From a virus (Duplodnaviria > Caudoviricetes): DNA of 26,848 bases. The translations under genes were made by a program, and so were the position numbers. Position 1 is the first letter of the stretch; every line of letters starts with the position of its first letter. The notes below the pieces were generated by a model. That model searched no databases and was not told where the DNA came from. It saw only the letters and a list, made by a program, of their open reading frames with translations. Below are positions 17,374 to 25,838 of this stretch, piece by piece. The stretch spans positions 1 to 26,848 of IMG/VR virus record IMGVR_UViG_3300042197_001337; one strand, 5' to 3'.

Positions 17374-18120
17374 ATGTTTTTATTTGAGATCTTTGAAGCA
17401 ACAAATAGTCCTACTCTGGTAATTTACCCTGGCAGGTTCCAGCCATTTCACAAAGGACATCATGCTGTATATGAATACCTTGTTAAAAAGTTTGGCAGAG
17501 ATAATGTTTTTATTGCTACCAGTAACAAAGTTGATCCTCCTAGAAGTCCATTTAATTTCTCTCAAAAGCTAGCTTTTATGAAATTAACAGGCATCCCAAT
17601 GGATAGAATCGTTGAAACCAGGGATCCATATAAAGCACCTGAACTGACTAATTTGTATCCTTCAGACACACGCCTTATCTTTGCTGTAAGTGCTAAAGAC
17701 ATGGCAGAAGATCCAAGATTTAGCAAATGGAGTAAAAAAGATGGAACTCCAAGTTACTTTCAACCTTTGCCTAAGGATATGGCTGCAATGAAACCCATAG
17801 CAGAACATGGATATATCATGACTGTACCAACTTTTAATTTCTCAGTATTAGGGCAACCTATGCGTAGTGCTACAGAATTAAGAGCACAGTTTGCTCAAGC
17901 AGATGAAAATAGTCAACGAGCAATTATCAAAGACTTATTTGGTGCTTATGATGAAGAAGTTTATACTATAATGAAAAACCAAATAAAAGAAGATGCAGCA
18001 GGAGTGGGCGTTATAGCAAGTTCAAAACAACGCCGTGATCCTAGATACAGCAACAGTATGACGGTAGATGTTCAACCAGGCAGTCAACGTAAGATGATGC
18101 GAGCACTCAAGCTAATATAA
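17374..18120 (+). CDS. HxGH-class nucleotidyltransferase (cytidylyltransferase/NMNAT/PPAT superfamily)
   Basis: IYPGRFQPFHKGH, SPFNFSQK, MRSATELR. Confidence 0.8.
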   Translation: MFLFEIFEATNSPTLVIYPGRFQPFHKGHHAVYEYLVKKFGRDNVFIATSNKVDPPRSPFNFSQKLAFMKLTGIPMDRIVETRDPYKAPELTNLYPSDTRLIFAVSAKDMAEDPRFSKWSKKDGTPSYFQPLPKDMAAMKPIAEHGYIMTVPTFNFSVLGQPMRSATELRAQFAQADENSQRAIIKDLFGAYDEEVYTIMKNQIKEDAAGVGVIASSKQRRDPRYSNSMTVDVQPGSQRKMMRALKLI

Positions 18121-18123
18121 ATA
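18116..18123 (+). promoter_or_regulatory. T4-type late promoter TATAAATA
   Basis: Exact consensus overlapping the upstream stop, 21 nt before ATG 18145. Confidence 0.65.
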
Positions 18124-18144
18124 TAGATATATTTTGGAATCATT

Positions 18145-18660
18145 ATGAAACCTACAGACTTTATTAAAGAAAACCATCACATAGTACAAGCAGTGGTAGA
18201 AATGCACGATGATCATGAAATTCAAATGGCTCGTGAACAATGTTACAATGCTGCAAGTAATGCAATTGAATTGCATCGTATGCTAAAACACATAACAGAG
18301 CGTCAAGGACTAGAAGGTTGGGTCCAAGAAAAGATCACTCTCGCAAATGATTATCTACGCCAAGTCAAAGAATGGATGGAATATGAAATCATGCATAAGG
18401 TCAGTGATATGGCAACATCTACAGGAAATATGCCTTTGGAACAAGTAGGGGAAAATGCCACAGCCGGAGCAAGCAGTAGCGGTGCAGTAGCCACAAATAC
18501 TGCCACGCAATACGCTGCTAAACCAGATCGTAGTAAAATACCAGCTGCTCAACGTAAAAAATACCATGGCCGAGATTGGATGCTTAAGCAAAAAGATATA
18601 GCAGATCCCTACAAACACATGAGTAGTTCACAGACTATCAGACGTAACACTGGCGAATAA
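18145..18660 (+). CDS. Hypothetical protein, putative internal head protein
   Basis: Leader MKPTDFIKE; helical domain followed by a low-complexity ENATAGASSSGAVAT segment. Confidence 0.7.
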   Translation: MKPTDFIKENHHIVQAVVEMHDDHEIQMAREQCYNAASNAIELHRMLKHITERQGLEGWVQEKITLANDYLRQVKEWMEYEIMHKVSDMATSTGNMPLEQVGENATAGASSSGAVATNTATQYAAKPDRSKIPAAQRKKYHGRDWMLKQKDIADPYKHMSSSQTIRRNTGE

Positions 18661-19418
18661 TGAATATTAATAAAGAAAATACTGCTGATATCGATCAAAT
18701 AGTTGATCTCAGCAGAAAGGACAAAAATACTTCATTGTCTGCAACAAGACCAAATATGCCAATGAAAGAATTGCCAGTGGACATTGACAATTTACATTTG
18801 AGGCTGGCTGATCTTCAAAGTAGATATGATCCGTCAGACAATACAGATTATCTACGTCAAATTGCTATGGCTAAAGAAATACAACGTCTTAAAAAACTTA
18901 TATATCAATCATCAAGTAAAGGAACATTCGAGAATATGACCGAATCAATTAACAAAACTTTGATACAAAGAATAGCTGAAGGTTTAGTCAGGGTTGAAGA
19001 CATACTAGAAGGAAAACAAGTTTACGGTGGAATAGGCGAGGGTGATAGGAAAGCAATTAAAAATGCTTTTTACGATGCCGTTGAACGTGGCTGGCGTTAT
19101 GATGATATCATAGATAGTTTAGTTGAACGTTGTAAATTAGAAGGCAATCTACAAGAAACCACAATTGGTGTAGTTAGTCCGGCTACAAGTATTCCTACTC
19201 CGCCTAAACCAGCTGGCACTAGTCCGCAAACTCCCAATGCTATAAGCCAAGTTGCCCCAGCTGCCAATGTCCAAATTGGTAGTCAACAAATTAATAAACC
19301 AACCACTCAGCAAGATCTAGATAACTTGGCTAAAGGTATCGAAAAAACAATGAAAGATCCAAACTTTAACAAAGACTTTAGTACCTTGTTGGCTAAAGTT
19401 ATGCAGAAAGGTATGTAA
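18660..19418 (+). CDS. Hypothetical modular protein
   Basis: 252 aa, TAATG-coupled, Pro/Thr-rich linker, several hxE sites. Confidence 0.7.
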   Translation: MNINKENTADIDQIVDLSRKDKNTSLSATRPNMPMKELPVDIDNLHLRLADLQSRYDPSDNTDYLRQIAMAKEIQRLKKLIYQSSSKGTFENMTESINKTLIQRIAEGLVRVEDILEGKQVYGGIGEGDRKAIKNAFYDAVERGWRYDDIIDSLVERCKLEGNLQETTIGVVSPATSIPTPPKPAGTSPQTPNAISQVAPAANVQIGSQQINKPTTQQDLDNLAKGIEKTMKDPNFNKDFSTLLAKVMQKGM

Positions 19419-20720
19419 ATGCGGGTAAATGATCTTTTTACAGAAGCACTACCGGATGAAGTAGCAAGATTAGCAGCTAGAAATCGTATAGCTAATCCTA
19501 ATCTAATTCTTGTTGGTCAAAAGATCAGTCTACCAAATGGTACAACCTATACTGTAGCACCAGGTGATACTTTATCTGCTATAGCACAAGGGCAATTTAA
19601 AGGCACACCACCTCAAAATACTGTACGAGTTGGACCTAACCCAAATATTAAACCAGATACAAGATCCCGTGCGGCTGCATCTGTTCCTGCTGCCTCACCA
19701 GCACCTGCGGCTACCAGTCCAACTGTTCAAACTCCAGTATCTGGGAGTGAACAGCCCATTACCTCAGTGGTACGTGGGGGGTCCGGTTACACAGATGTAA
19801 CCACAGCAGATGGACAAACACAAAGACGGATTGGTGTTCGTAATTGGCGTAATAACAATCCTGGTAATTTAGAGTTTGGTCCATATGCCAAAAGCAAAGG
19901 TGCCATTGGCACAGATGGAAGGTTTGCTGTATTTGCTACTCTAGAGGATGGACTAAAAGCCAAACGTGATTTAGTATTTGGTCCACGTTATATAAATTTA
20001 AGTATAGCAGATGCAATTAACAAATATGCACCTCCTAGCGAAAATGCTACAAATGCTTATATACAATCTGTGGTAAAGGCTACAGGTGTTAATCCAGAAA
20101 CACCACTTAAATCATTAAATTCTAGTCAACAAAATGCGTTTTTAGATGCCATTAACAGAGTAGAAGGATTTAAGCCAGGCCGCATACAACAATTAGATAC
20201 TACACTTACAGCAGACATACACGAAGAATCCAATCCCGAAGATACTGTGGAGTTAGATATTCCTTTATTACTAAGAATAATGGAGTATAGTAAAGAAGAT
20301 GCACAAACAGACATGGATTTACACAATGTTGTTGACAAACTCATAAGTCTTAGTCAGAATGGGCAAACACTAGATATGAAAAACTATGATGAAATAGTTG
20401 GATCAGTGCATGAAGGTGATAGTTCAGCAGAAAAATTAATAAAAGATATAGAATATGATGCCGATGCAGACTTGAATACACAAGGATATAAATTAAATCG
20501 TCATGTGATCAGCAATTCATCGGGTATGCCAACCATGCGTTATACCATACATAGAATGGATGGACAACAGGTTGGTCCTGCTTTTGACAGTAGAGAAACT
20601 GCTGGTCATTACCTTAAAAAACTTGACCAAGGAAATGTAGTCGAAGGACATGGTAGGTATTGGTGCTCAACAGACAAGCGTTGGAAGGAACGCCAAGGTC
20701 CCAAACAGTCAAGGGGCTAA
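19419..20720 (+). CDS. Multi-domain virion protein: permuted LysM, lysozyme-like domain and extra modules
   Basis: NRIANPNLILVGQKISLP followed by YTVAPGDTLSAIA; RNNNPGNL...FAVFATLEDG...INKYAPPSEN.TNAY phage virion muramidase-like motif. Confidence 0.75.
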   Translation: MRVNDLFTEALPDEVARLAARNRIANPNLILVGQKISLPNGTTYTVAPGDTLSAIAQGQFKGTPPQNTVRVGPNPNIKPDTRSRAAASVPAASPAPAATSPTVQTPVSGSEQPITSVVRGGSGYTDVTTADGQTQRRIGVRNWRNNNPGNLEFGPYAKSKGAIGTDGRFAVFATLEDGLKAKRDLVFGPRYINLSIADAINKYAPPSENATNAYIQSVVKATGVNPETPLKSLNSSQQNAFLDAINRVEGFKPGRIQQLDTTLTADIHEESNPEDTVELDIPLLLRIMEYSKEDAQTDMDLHNVVDKLISLSQNGQTLDMKNYDEIVGSVHEGDSSAEKLIKDIEYDADADLNTQGYKLNRHVISNSSGMPTMRYTIHRMDGQQVGPAFDSRETAGHYLKKLDQGNVVEGHGRYWCSTDKRWKERQGPKQSRG

Positions 20721-20721
20721 A

Positions 20722-21402
20722 GTGCGTCAACATGAATTTGAACAAGTCAATGAAATTATTCTATTACCGCAAGAGTTATATAAAGGCGACTGGTTAGCTA
20801 AATTAAATTATAAAAAATACTTAGACGATCGCATTCCTTTTCCTGGCAGTGCAAATCTCTTGCTAAGTTTTCAAAACAATCTAAATGATGTCTATGTTGT
20901 AGATCCTGCAGGACGAAAAGTCGCAGCCAAAATGAGTTTAGAATCTGTAAACTTTCCTAGCAAAAATGCCAAATCTGTAGCAGGGATAGCAGTTGATCCT
21001 GCTTATAGAGGTCAAAAAATAGCACAAACACTGTATCAAGTTGCTATGCGTAGCTTGAAACTATTACTTATAGCTGACGATGTACAAACTGCTGGCGGTG
21101 CTGCTAACTGGGTAAATCTAAGCAGAATTCCTGGTGTAGAAGTAATGGGTTACATTGCAATAAATTTAAGATCGTTAAATACTAAAACTCCTCGAGAGAT
21201 TGGTAATTTATTGGCACAGGACTTAATGGAAATAGGTGGATTTCATATTGGTACTACTAGCGGCACAGACTTTTTTGCATTTCCTGTGCGTCGAGGATTT
21301 GAACGTATGGAAACCCATATTAAAGATACCATAATCGAACCGTATGGATATGACGATGTTAGTTATGAAATTAGTATGTTTGCACACTGGATAGGACGAT
21401 GA
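20722..21402 (+). CDS. GNAT-family acetyltransferase
   Basis: VAGIAVDPAYRGQKIAQTLY acetyl-CoA motif A; QTAGGAANW. GTG 20722 after AAGGGG preferred to ATG 20650. Confidence 0.75.
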   Translation: MRQHEFEQVNEIILLPQELYKGDWLAKLNYKKYLDDRIPFPGSANLLLSFQNNLNDVYVVDPAGRKVAAKMSLESVNFPSKNAKSVAGIAVDPAYRGQKIAQTLYQVAMRSLKLLLIADDVQTAGGAANWVNLSRIPGVEVMGYIAINLRSLNTKTPREIGNLLAQDLMEIGGFHIGTTSGTDFFAFPVRRGFERMETHIKDTIIEPYGYDDVSYEISMFAHWIGR

Positions 21403-23771
21403 GAGCTAAAAATTTTATAGCGGAAGCAGAATTATTTGAAATAAACATGAGTCCTGGCAACCTTAAACAGTTGGCCAGTAAGATTGATGCTCGTGTGGGC
21501 ATGGAATTTGAAATGATTGTGCCCAATGTTGAAACTGACGATAACGCCGAAAGTGAACCCGATTATGGCCCTGACGAGCGTGTACGCGGTTGGCAATCAA
21601 TAGAGAGTTTTTTCCTTGACAGCGACCACAACTCGAGAGCATCAATAGGCAGGCTACACGATGAGCTCTTTCAAGAATACGGTGAAAGTGATTACTGGCA
21701 GGAAGCAGAACAATCCTGGTGGGAAGAAAATGAAGAATACTATGTAGAACAAGCAGTTGAAAAAGAACTGGGCGAAGAACTATGGCAGGAGGCCGCAGAA
21801 CAATTAGGCGATCGTAAGTTTGTCGATGAGCGTGATCGTAAAAATGCTATCCAAGAAATATATAGCACCCTACTAGCAGATCGTAGAGATGAATGTATAA
21901 ATGATAAGGACGAGATCTACGATCTAGCTCGTGATGATGCCATGGAAGAGTCGGAACCCGACCATGAAGCCGGCTTTACTCGTTTTCTGCGTGCTAGCTA
22001 CAGCTACATGACTGACATTGAAAACAGTTTCAGTCATCTCGTGACTTGGCCATATTGGGAGCTATCCGGTGATGACGATGCTGATGTTGGTAAAGTGGCC
22101 AATGATTTCTCAGCCTATGTGAATATGAAGGTCGACTACAGCCAAAGTTATCATGGTGCCAAGCGTAAACCTGATACTTATGTGGTTGAACCAGACAGTA
22201 GCCTGGATGGTGATAACCCTGGCGACACAGGCCTAGAGTTTGTAAGTCCTCCGCTTACACTAGAACAAATGACCCAGCATCTCGAAGCTGTAAAAGAATA
22301 CGCTAGAGATAATAACTGCTATACTAATCGTACCACCGGGCTACACATTAATGTCAGTGTACCTAATATGAACATGGATAATCTAGACTATGTCAAATTG
22401 GCACTGCTGTTGGGTGACAAGTATGTGCTGGAACAATTTGGAAGATCAGCCAATACCTATTGTAATAGTGCCATGGATGAGATCCTATCGCGTGCCAAAA
22501 GCAATCGCAATCAAGTTCCAGGCCTACTAGATATGATGAAGGCTGGCTTAAACAAATTGGCCGGTAAAATGATACACAGTGGGTCAACTGCCAAATATAT
22601 CAGCATAAACAACAAAGAAAAATACATAGAATTTCGCAGCCCGGGTGGAGATTGGCTTAACGCAGACCTAGACAAGATTGTCTCTACGATGAATCGTTTT
22701 GTGGTGGCCTTAGACGCAGCAGTTGACCCTGAAAAATACAAAGAAGAATACTCAAAGAAATTATACAAAGTCATAGCACCAGAAAATGCCAGCGATACTA
22801 TAAAATACTTTGCCAAGTATGCGGCAGGAGCACTGCCAAAAGCAGCATTAAAGAGTTTCCTCAAGCAAGCCAAACTTGAACGCGAAGTAAACAAAAAGCC
22901 CGTTGAAGGCAAACTATATTACTGGAATGTCACTGTTCCTGGTTCCAGTGCTAGTCTACAAGTTGTAGCCGCTAATCGCAATGATGCCTGGGCCAAGGCC
23001 ATTGGTTATCAAGGCTATCCAGAATGGGGGCGTCGCTTTGATGCCGCAGCAGCCACAATACAAGTGATTAAACCCTACACAGGTGATCAGACACCTAGTA
23101 GTCCTGAACCTGGATCTGGTCGATCTCGACGTACCGATGGATCAATGACCGCACCAGAGTCAATGCCGGATGCCAACTATGCAATCATTAGAGTAGCTGA
23201 TAATGCTCCAATCAGGTATTTTACTGCTAACACCCAACAAGAAGCAGAACAAGAATATGCTAGATGGCGTCAACATACCGGAGCGTGGGAGGTTGAGTTT
23301 TATCTGATTTCCATAAATCCACGAAATTCGCAAGATACTCAACCACAGCCCGAGCGTAGACTAGACGGATCAATGACCGCACCAGAAAGTGATCCCGATG
23401 CTAATTTTGCTGTGATAAGATCTAGTGATAATGCTGTGATCAATTATTTTACTCGTAATACAAGGCAAGAAGCAGAAGACGCATTTACTCGCTGGCTTTC
23501 TTCACAAGGACTAGCAGCAAGTTTAATACGACATTCAGAGTCACCGCCTTATTACCTTATTGCTATAAGACCTAGATCTGCCCCGGAAAGCCGAGCCGAT
23601 CATGGCCAATTTACTGGTCGTTGGAATATTGTCACAGACCAAAATCAAGTCATACACACATTCGGTGGTGTAAACACTCAAGCCGAAGCCAATGCACATG
23701 CCCGACAGTGGTTAGAAAGAAATAGTAGATATGCTCAACTTGGACTAACCGTTGTTCCGGACCGAGCATGA
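21399..23771 (+). CDS. Putative amidoligase (COOH-NH2 ligase, glutamine synthetase/GCS fold) with acidic insert and C-terminal repeats
   Basis: VGMEFE, EPDSSL, GLEFVSPPL, TGLHINVS, KYISIN, YIEFRSPGG in the expected order. Confidence 0.8.
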   Translation: MRAKNFIAEAELFEINMSPGNLKQLASKIDARVGMEFEMIVPNVETDDNAESEPDYGPDERVRGWQSIESFFLDSDHNSRASIGRLHDELFQEYGESDYWQEAEQSWWEENEEYYVEQAVEKELGEELWQEAAEQLGDRKFVDERDRKNAIQEIYSTLLADRRDECINDKDEIYDLARDDAMEESEPDHEAGFTRFLRASYSYMTDIENSFSHLVTWPYWELSGDDDADVGKVANDFSAYVNMKVDYSQSYHGAKRKPDTYVVEPDSSLDGDNPGDTGLEFVSPPLTLEQMTQHLEAVKEYARDNNCYTNRTTGLHINVSVPNMNMDNLDYVKLALLLGDKYVLEQFGRSANTYCNSAMDEILSRAKSNRNQVPGLLDMMKAGLNKLAGKMIHSGSTAKYISINNKEKYIEFRSPGGDWLNADLDKIVSTMNRFVVALDAAVDPEKYKEEYSKKLYKVIAPENASDTIKYFAKYAAGALPKAALKSFLKQAKLEREVNKKPVEGKLYYWNVTVPGSSASLQVVAANRNDAWAKAIGYQGYPEWGRRFDAAAATIQVIKPYTGDQTPSSPEPGSGRSRRTDGSMTAPESMPDANYAIIRVADNAPIRYFTANTQQEAEQEYARWRQHTGAWEVEFYLISINPRNSQDTQPQPERRLDGSMTAPESDPDANFAVIRSSDNAVINYFTRNTRQEAEDAFTRWLSSQGLAASLIRHSESPPYYLIAIRPRSAPESRADHGQFTGRWNIVTDQNQVIHTFGGVNTQAEANAHARQWLERNSRYAQLGLTVVPDRA
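23127..23495 (+). repeat. Intragenic tandem duplication, 228-nt (76-aa) period
   Basis: Identical 20-mer GGATCAATGACCGCACCAGA at 23139 and 23367; protein repeat DGSMTAPES.PDAN(Y/F)A.IR..DNA.I.YFT.NT.QEAE. Confidence 0.9.
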
Positions 23772-25048
23772 GAGTAGACGATTTATTCGATGATGACCGA
23801 GAGCATCAACAAGCACTACGACGAACCGGATTTTGGGGGCGTCGCGGTGCCGGCTGTATTATACTAGCACGAGATACTGGTAGATTCTGTATAGCACATC
23901 GTAGTTCCAAGGTAGAACAGCCTGGCACTTGGGGTACTTGGGGTGGTGCTATTGATGAAGGTGAAGATCCTGCTCGTGCTGCTCAAAGAGAAGTTGCAGA
24001 AGAAGCCGGGTACTCAGGTGCAATGAAAATGGTACCGTTATATGTATTCAAGCATAAATCGGGCTTTACTTACTATAATTTTCTAGCCATAGTTGAGCGT
24101 GAATTTCAGCCACGACTAGATTGGGAAACACAAGGTTATGACTGGGTTGAATATGGTGCGTGGCCTAGTCCACTGCATCCCGGCTTACAGGCTGTGTTAT
24201 CAGATGCTCATAGCCAAGACATCATGCGTCGTGCCACACCACAGCACCCACAGCGTGGACAACATTATCCCAGTATTGAAACCCACAGCCTCACTAAACC
24301 GCCCAAAACAGAAAGTACTATATCTGAAAAACAACCCGCTGAACCAGAAATAGCAGTGTCACCGGACACTATCCATCGTAAACAACAATACCAAGGTCCC
24401 GTTAGCCAAAATCAAAAATCGTTAACACACTATTCCGACATTGGGTCTGCTATAATCAACACGACCCTACATCATCATTATAGAAACCAAGGCCACGACG
24501 AGGATCAATACGGTCATATTCGAAGACTTGATAACGTCTTAAAACAGTATCAATTAAAAAAGAATATCAAAGTATATTCAGGTATACCAGAAAGTCCAGG
24601 CAGAATATGGGAAAAATATCACGCTGATGTCACAAAGCCAGTGCGTGTTCATTTACCAGCATATACTAGCACAACTACAGATTTTATGATAGCCTCTATA
24701 AGTTTTGCCAAAATTGACTATACAATCTATAATAATCACAAACCTCGAAATATACCTAAAGGAAATCTAAAACTTTATCCAATGGGTGTAGTAAGTAAAG
24801 GCGTCAAGGAAGTATATAATGGATATCAAATCCTACATATTACAGTGCCAGCAGGATACTCAGCACTAAGCATGAATACAGTCAGCGTGCATGATTCAGA
24901 TGAAAAAGAGATATTATTGCCTCGTGGGCTCGACATTGAAATAGAACCAAATCCCTATGTTAGAACTACACCTAACCTACCAGTTGTAGTATGGTTCGCC
25001 AAGGTAGTAGGACATAACCCAGTGGTGATAAAAAATGAGACTGCATGA
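23768..25048 (+). CDS. Nudix hydrolase fused to a VIP2/Alt-like ADP-ribosyltransferase domain
   Basis: Nudix box GGAIDEGEDPARAAQREVAEEAGY (23942-24013); C-terminal KVYSG, AYTSTT, ILHITVPAG, EKEILLPRG. Confidence 0.8.
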   Translation: MRVDDLFDDDREHQQALRRTGFWGRRGAGCIILARDTGRFCIAHRSSKVEQPGTWGTWGGAIDEGEDPARAAQREVAEEAGYSGAMKMVPLYVFKHKSGFTYYNFLAIVEREFQPRLDWETQGYDWVEYGAWPSPLHPGLQAVLSDAHSQDIMRRATPQHPQRGQHYPSIETHSLTKPPKTESTISEKQPAEPEIAVSPDTIHRKQQYQGPVSQNQKSLTHYSDIGSAIINTTLHHHYRNQGHDEDQYGHIRRLDNVLKQYQLKKNIKVYSGIPESPGRIWEKYHADVTKPVRVHLPAYTSTTTDFMIASISFAKIDYTIYNNHKPRNIPKGNLKLYPMGVVSKGVKEVYNGYQILHITVPAGYSALSMNTVSVHDSDEKEILLPRGLDIEIEPNPYVRTTPNLPVVVWFAKVVGHNPVVIKNETA

Positions 25049-25838
25049 ACTTGTGGTTGAACAAGAGCTAGATGAAGACTGGCCCAAATGGTTCGCTACC
25101 GGCTTAGGTGCTGCTGCTATGGCCACAGGATATGCTCACAAAGCCGGCTATGAAAAACCAAGACCTGCTTATGATATACCTCCTGCACAAGTGGCACCAG
25201 CCCAGCGTCCACAAACTACACCTGCTCCGATACCACAAGCCAAGGCTGCTCCCGCTGTCAAACAAGCAGAACCAGAAAAGCCTGCGGCAAAACAATTACC
25301 GCCTATAGAAAAACCTGCGGTAAAAAATAAAACTATTAAATTAGAAAACCCCAAAGCCAATCAACTTGCACAACGAGCACAAAAGTCTGGTATCAAAGGC
25401 ATCGAACTAGCACAGTTTCTAGCACAAATGGAACATGAGAGTTGGGACTTTAGGAAAATGAAAGAAGTTCCGCAGGGCAAAGATTACTTTAAGAGGTATG
25501 ATCCCAAACACGCACCACGCACTGCCCAAAAACTAGGTAATGTCAAAGCCGGCGACGGCGAGCGTTTTAAGGGTCGCGGGTTCATACAATTGACCGGACG
25601 CGATAACTATCGTGCTGCTAGTCAAGCACTGGGCATTAACTTATTAAAGAATCCTGAACTAGCAGCAAGACCAGACATAGCAGCAGAAATCGCTATATGG
25701 TATTGGTTTGAGCGAGTACGCCCTGGTGTAATGGATTTTGCTAATACTGTGGCAGTGACTAAGCGTATTAACCCTGCCTTAGCTGGTATCGAAGACAGAC
25801 ACGAGAATTTTAAATATTACCTTAAATACATGCGATGA
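25035..25838 (+). CDS. Second GH19 lysozyme/chitinase-like protein, probably virion-associated
   Basis: AQFLAQMEHES, LGNVKAGDGERFKGRGFIQLTGRDNY, AIWYW, TKRIN; N-terminal leader, hydrophobic patch and Pro/Ala linker. Confidence 0.85.
   Translation: MRLHELVVEQELDEDWPKWFATGLGAAAMATGYAHKAGYEKPRPAYDIPPAQVAPAQRPQTTPAPIPQAKAAPAVKQAEPEKPAAKQLPPIEKPAVKNKTIKLENPKANQLAQRAQKSGIKGIELAQFLAQMEHESWDFRKMKEVPQGKDYFKRYDPKHAPRTAQKLGNVKAGDGERFKGRGFIQLTGRDNYRAASQALGINLLKNPELAARPDIAAEIAIWYWFERVRPGVMDFANTVAVTKRINPALAGIEDRHENFKYYLKYMR

Noticed and set aside
8471-25308. Nested + strand ORFs 8471-8734, 24138-24353 and 25108-25308
   Set aside because: Fully inside stronger genes (antisense to phoH or in alternative frames) with no independent support.
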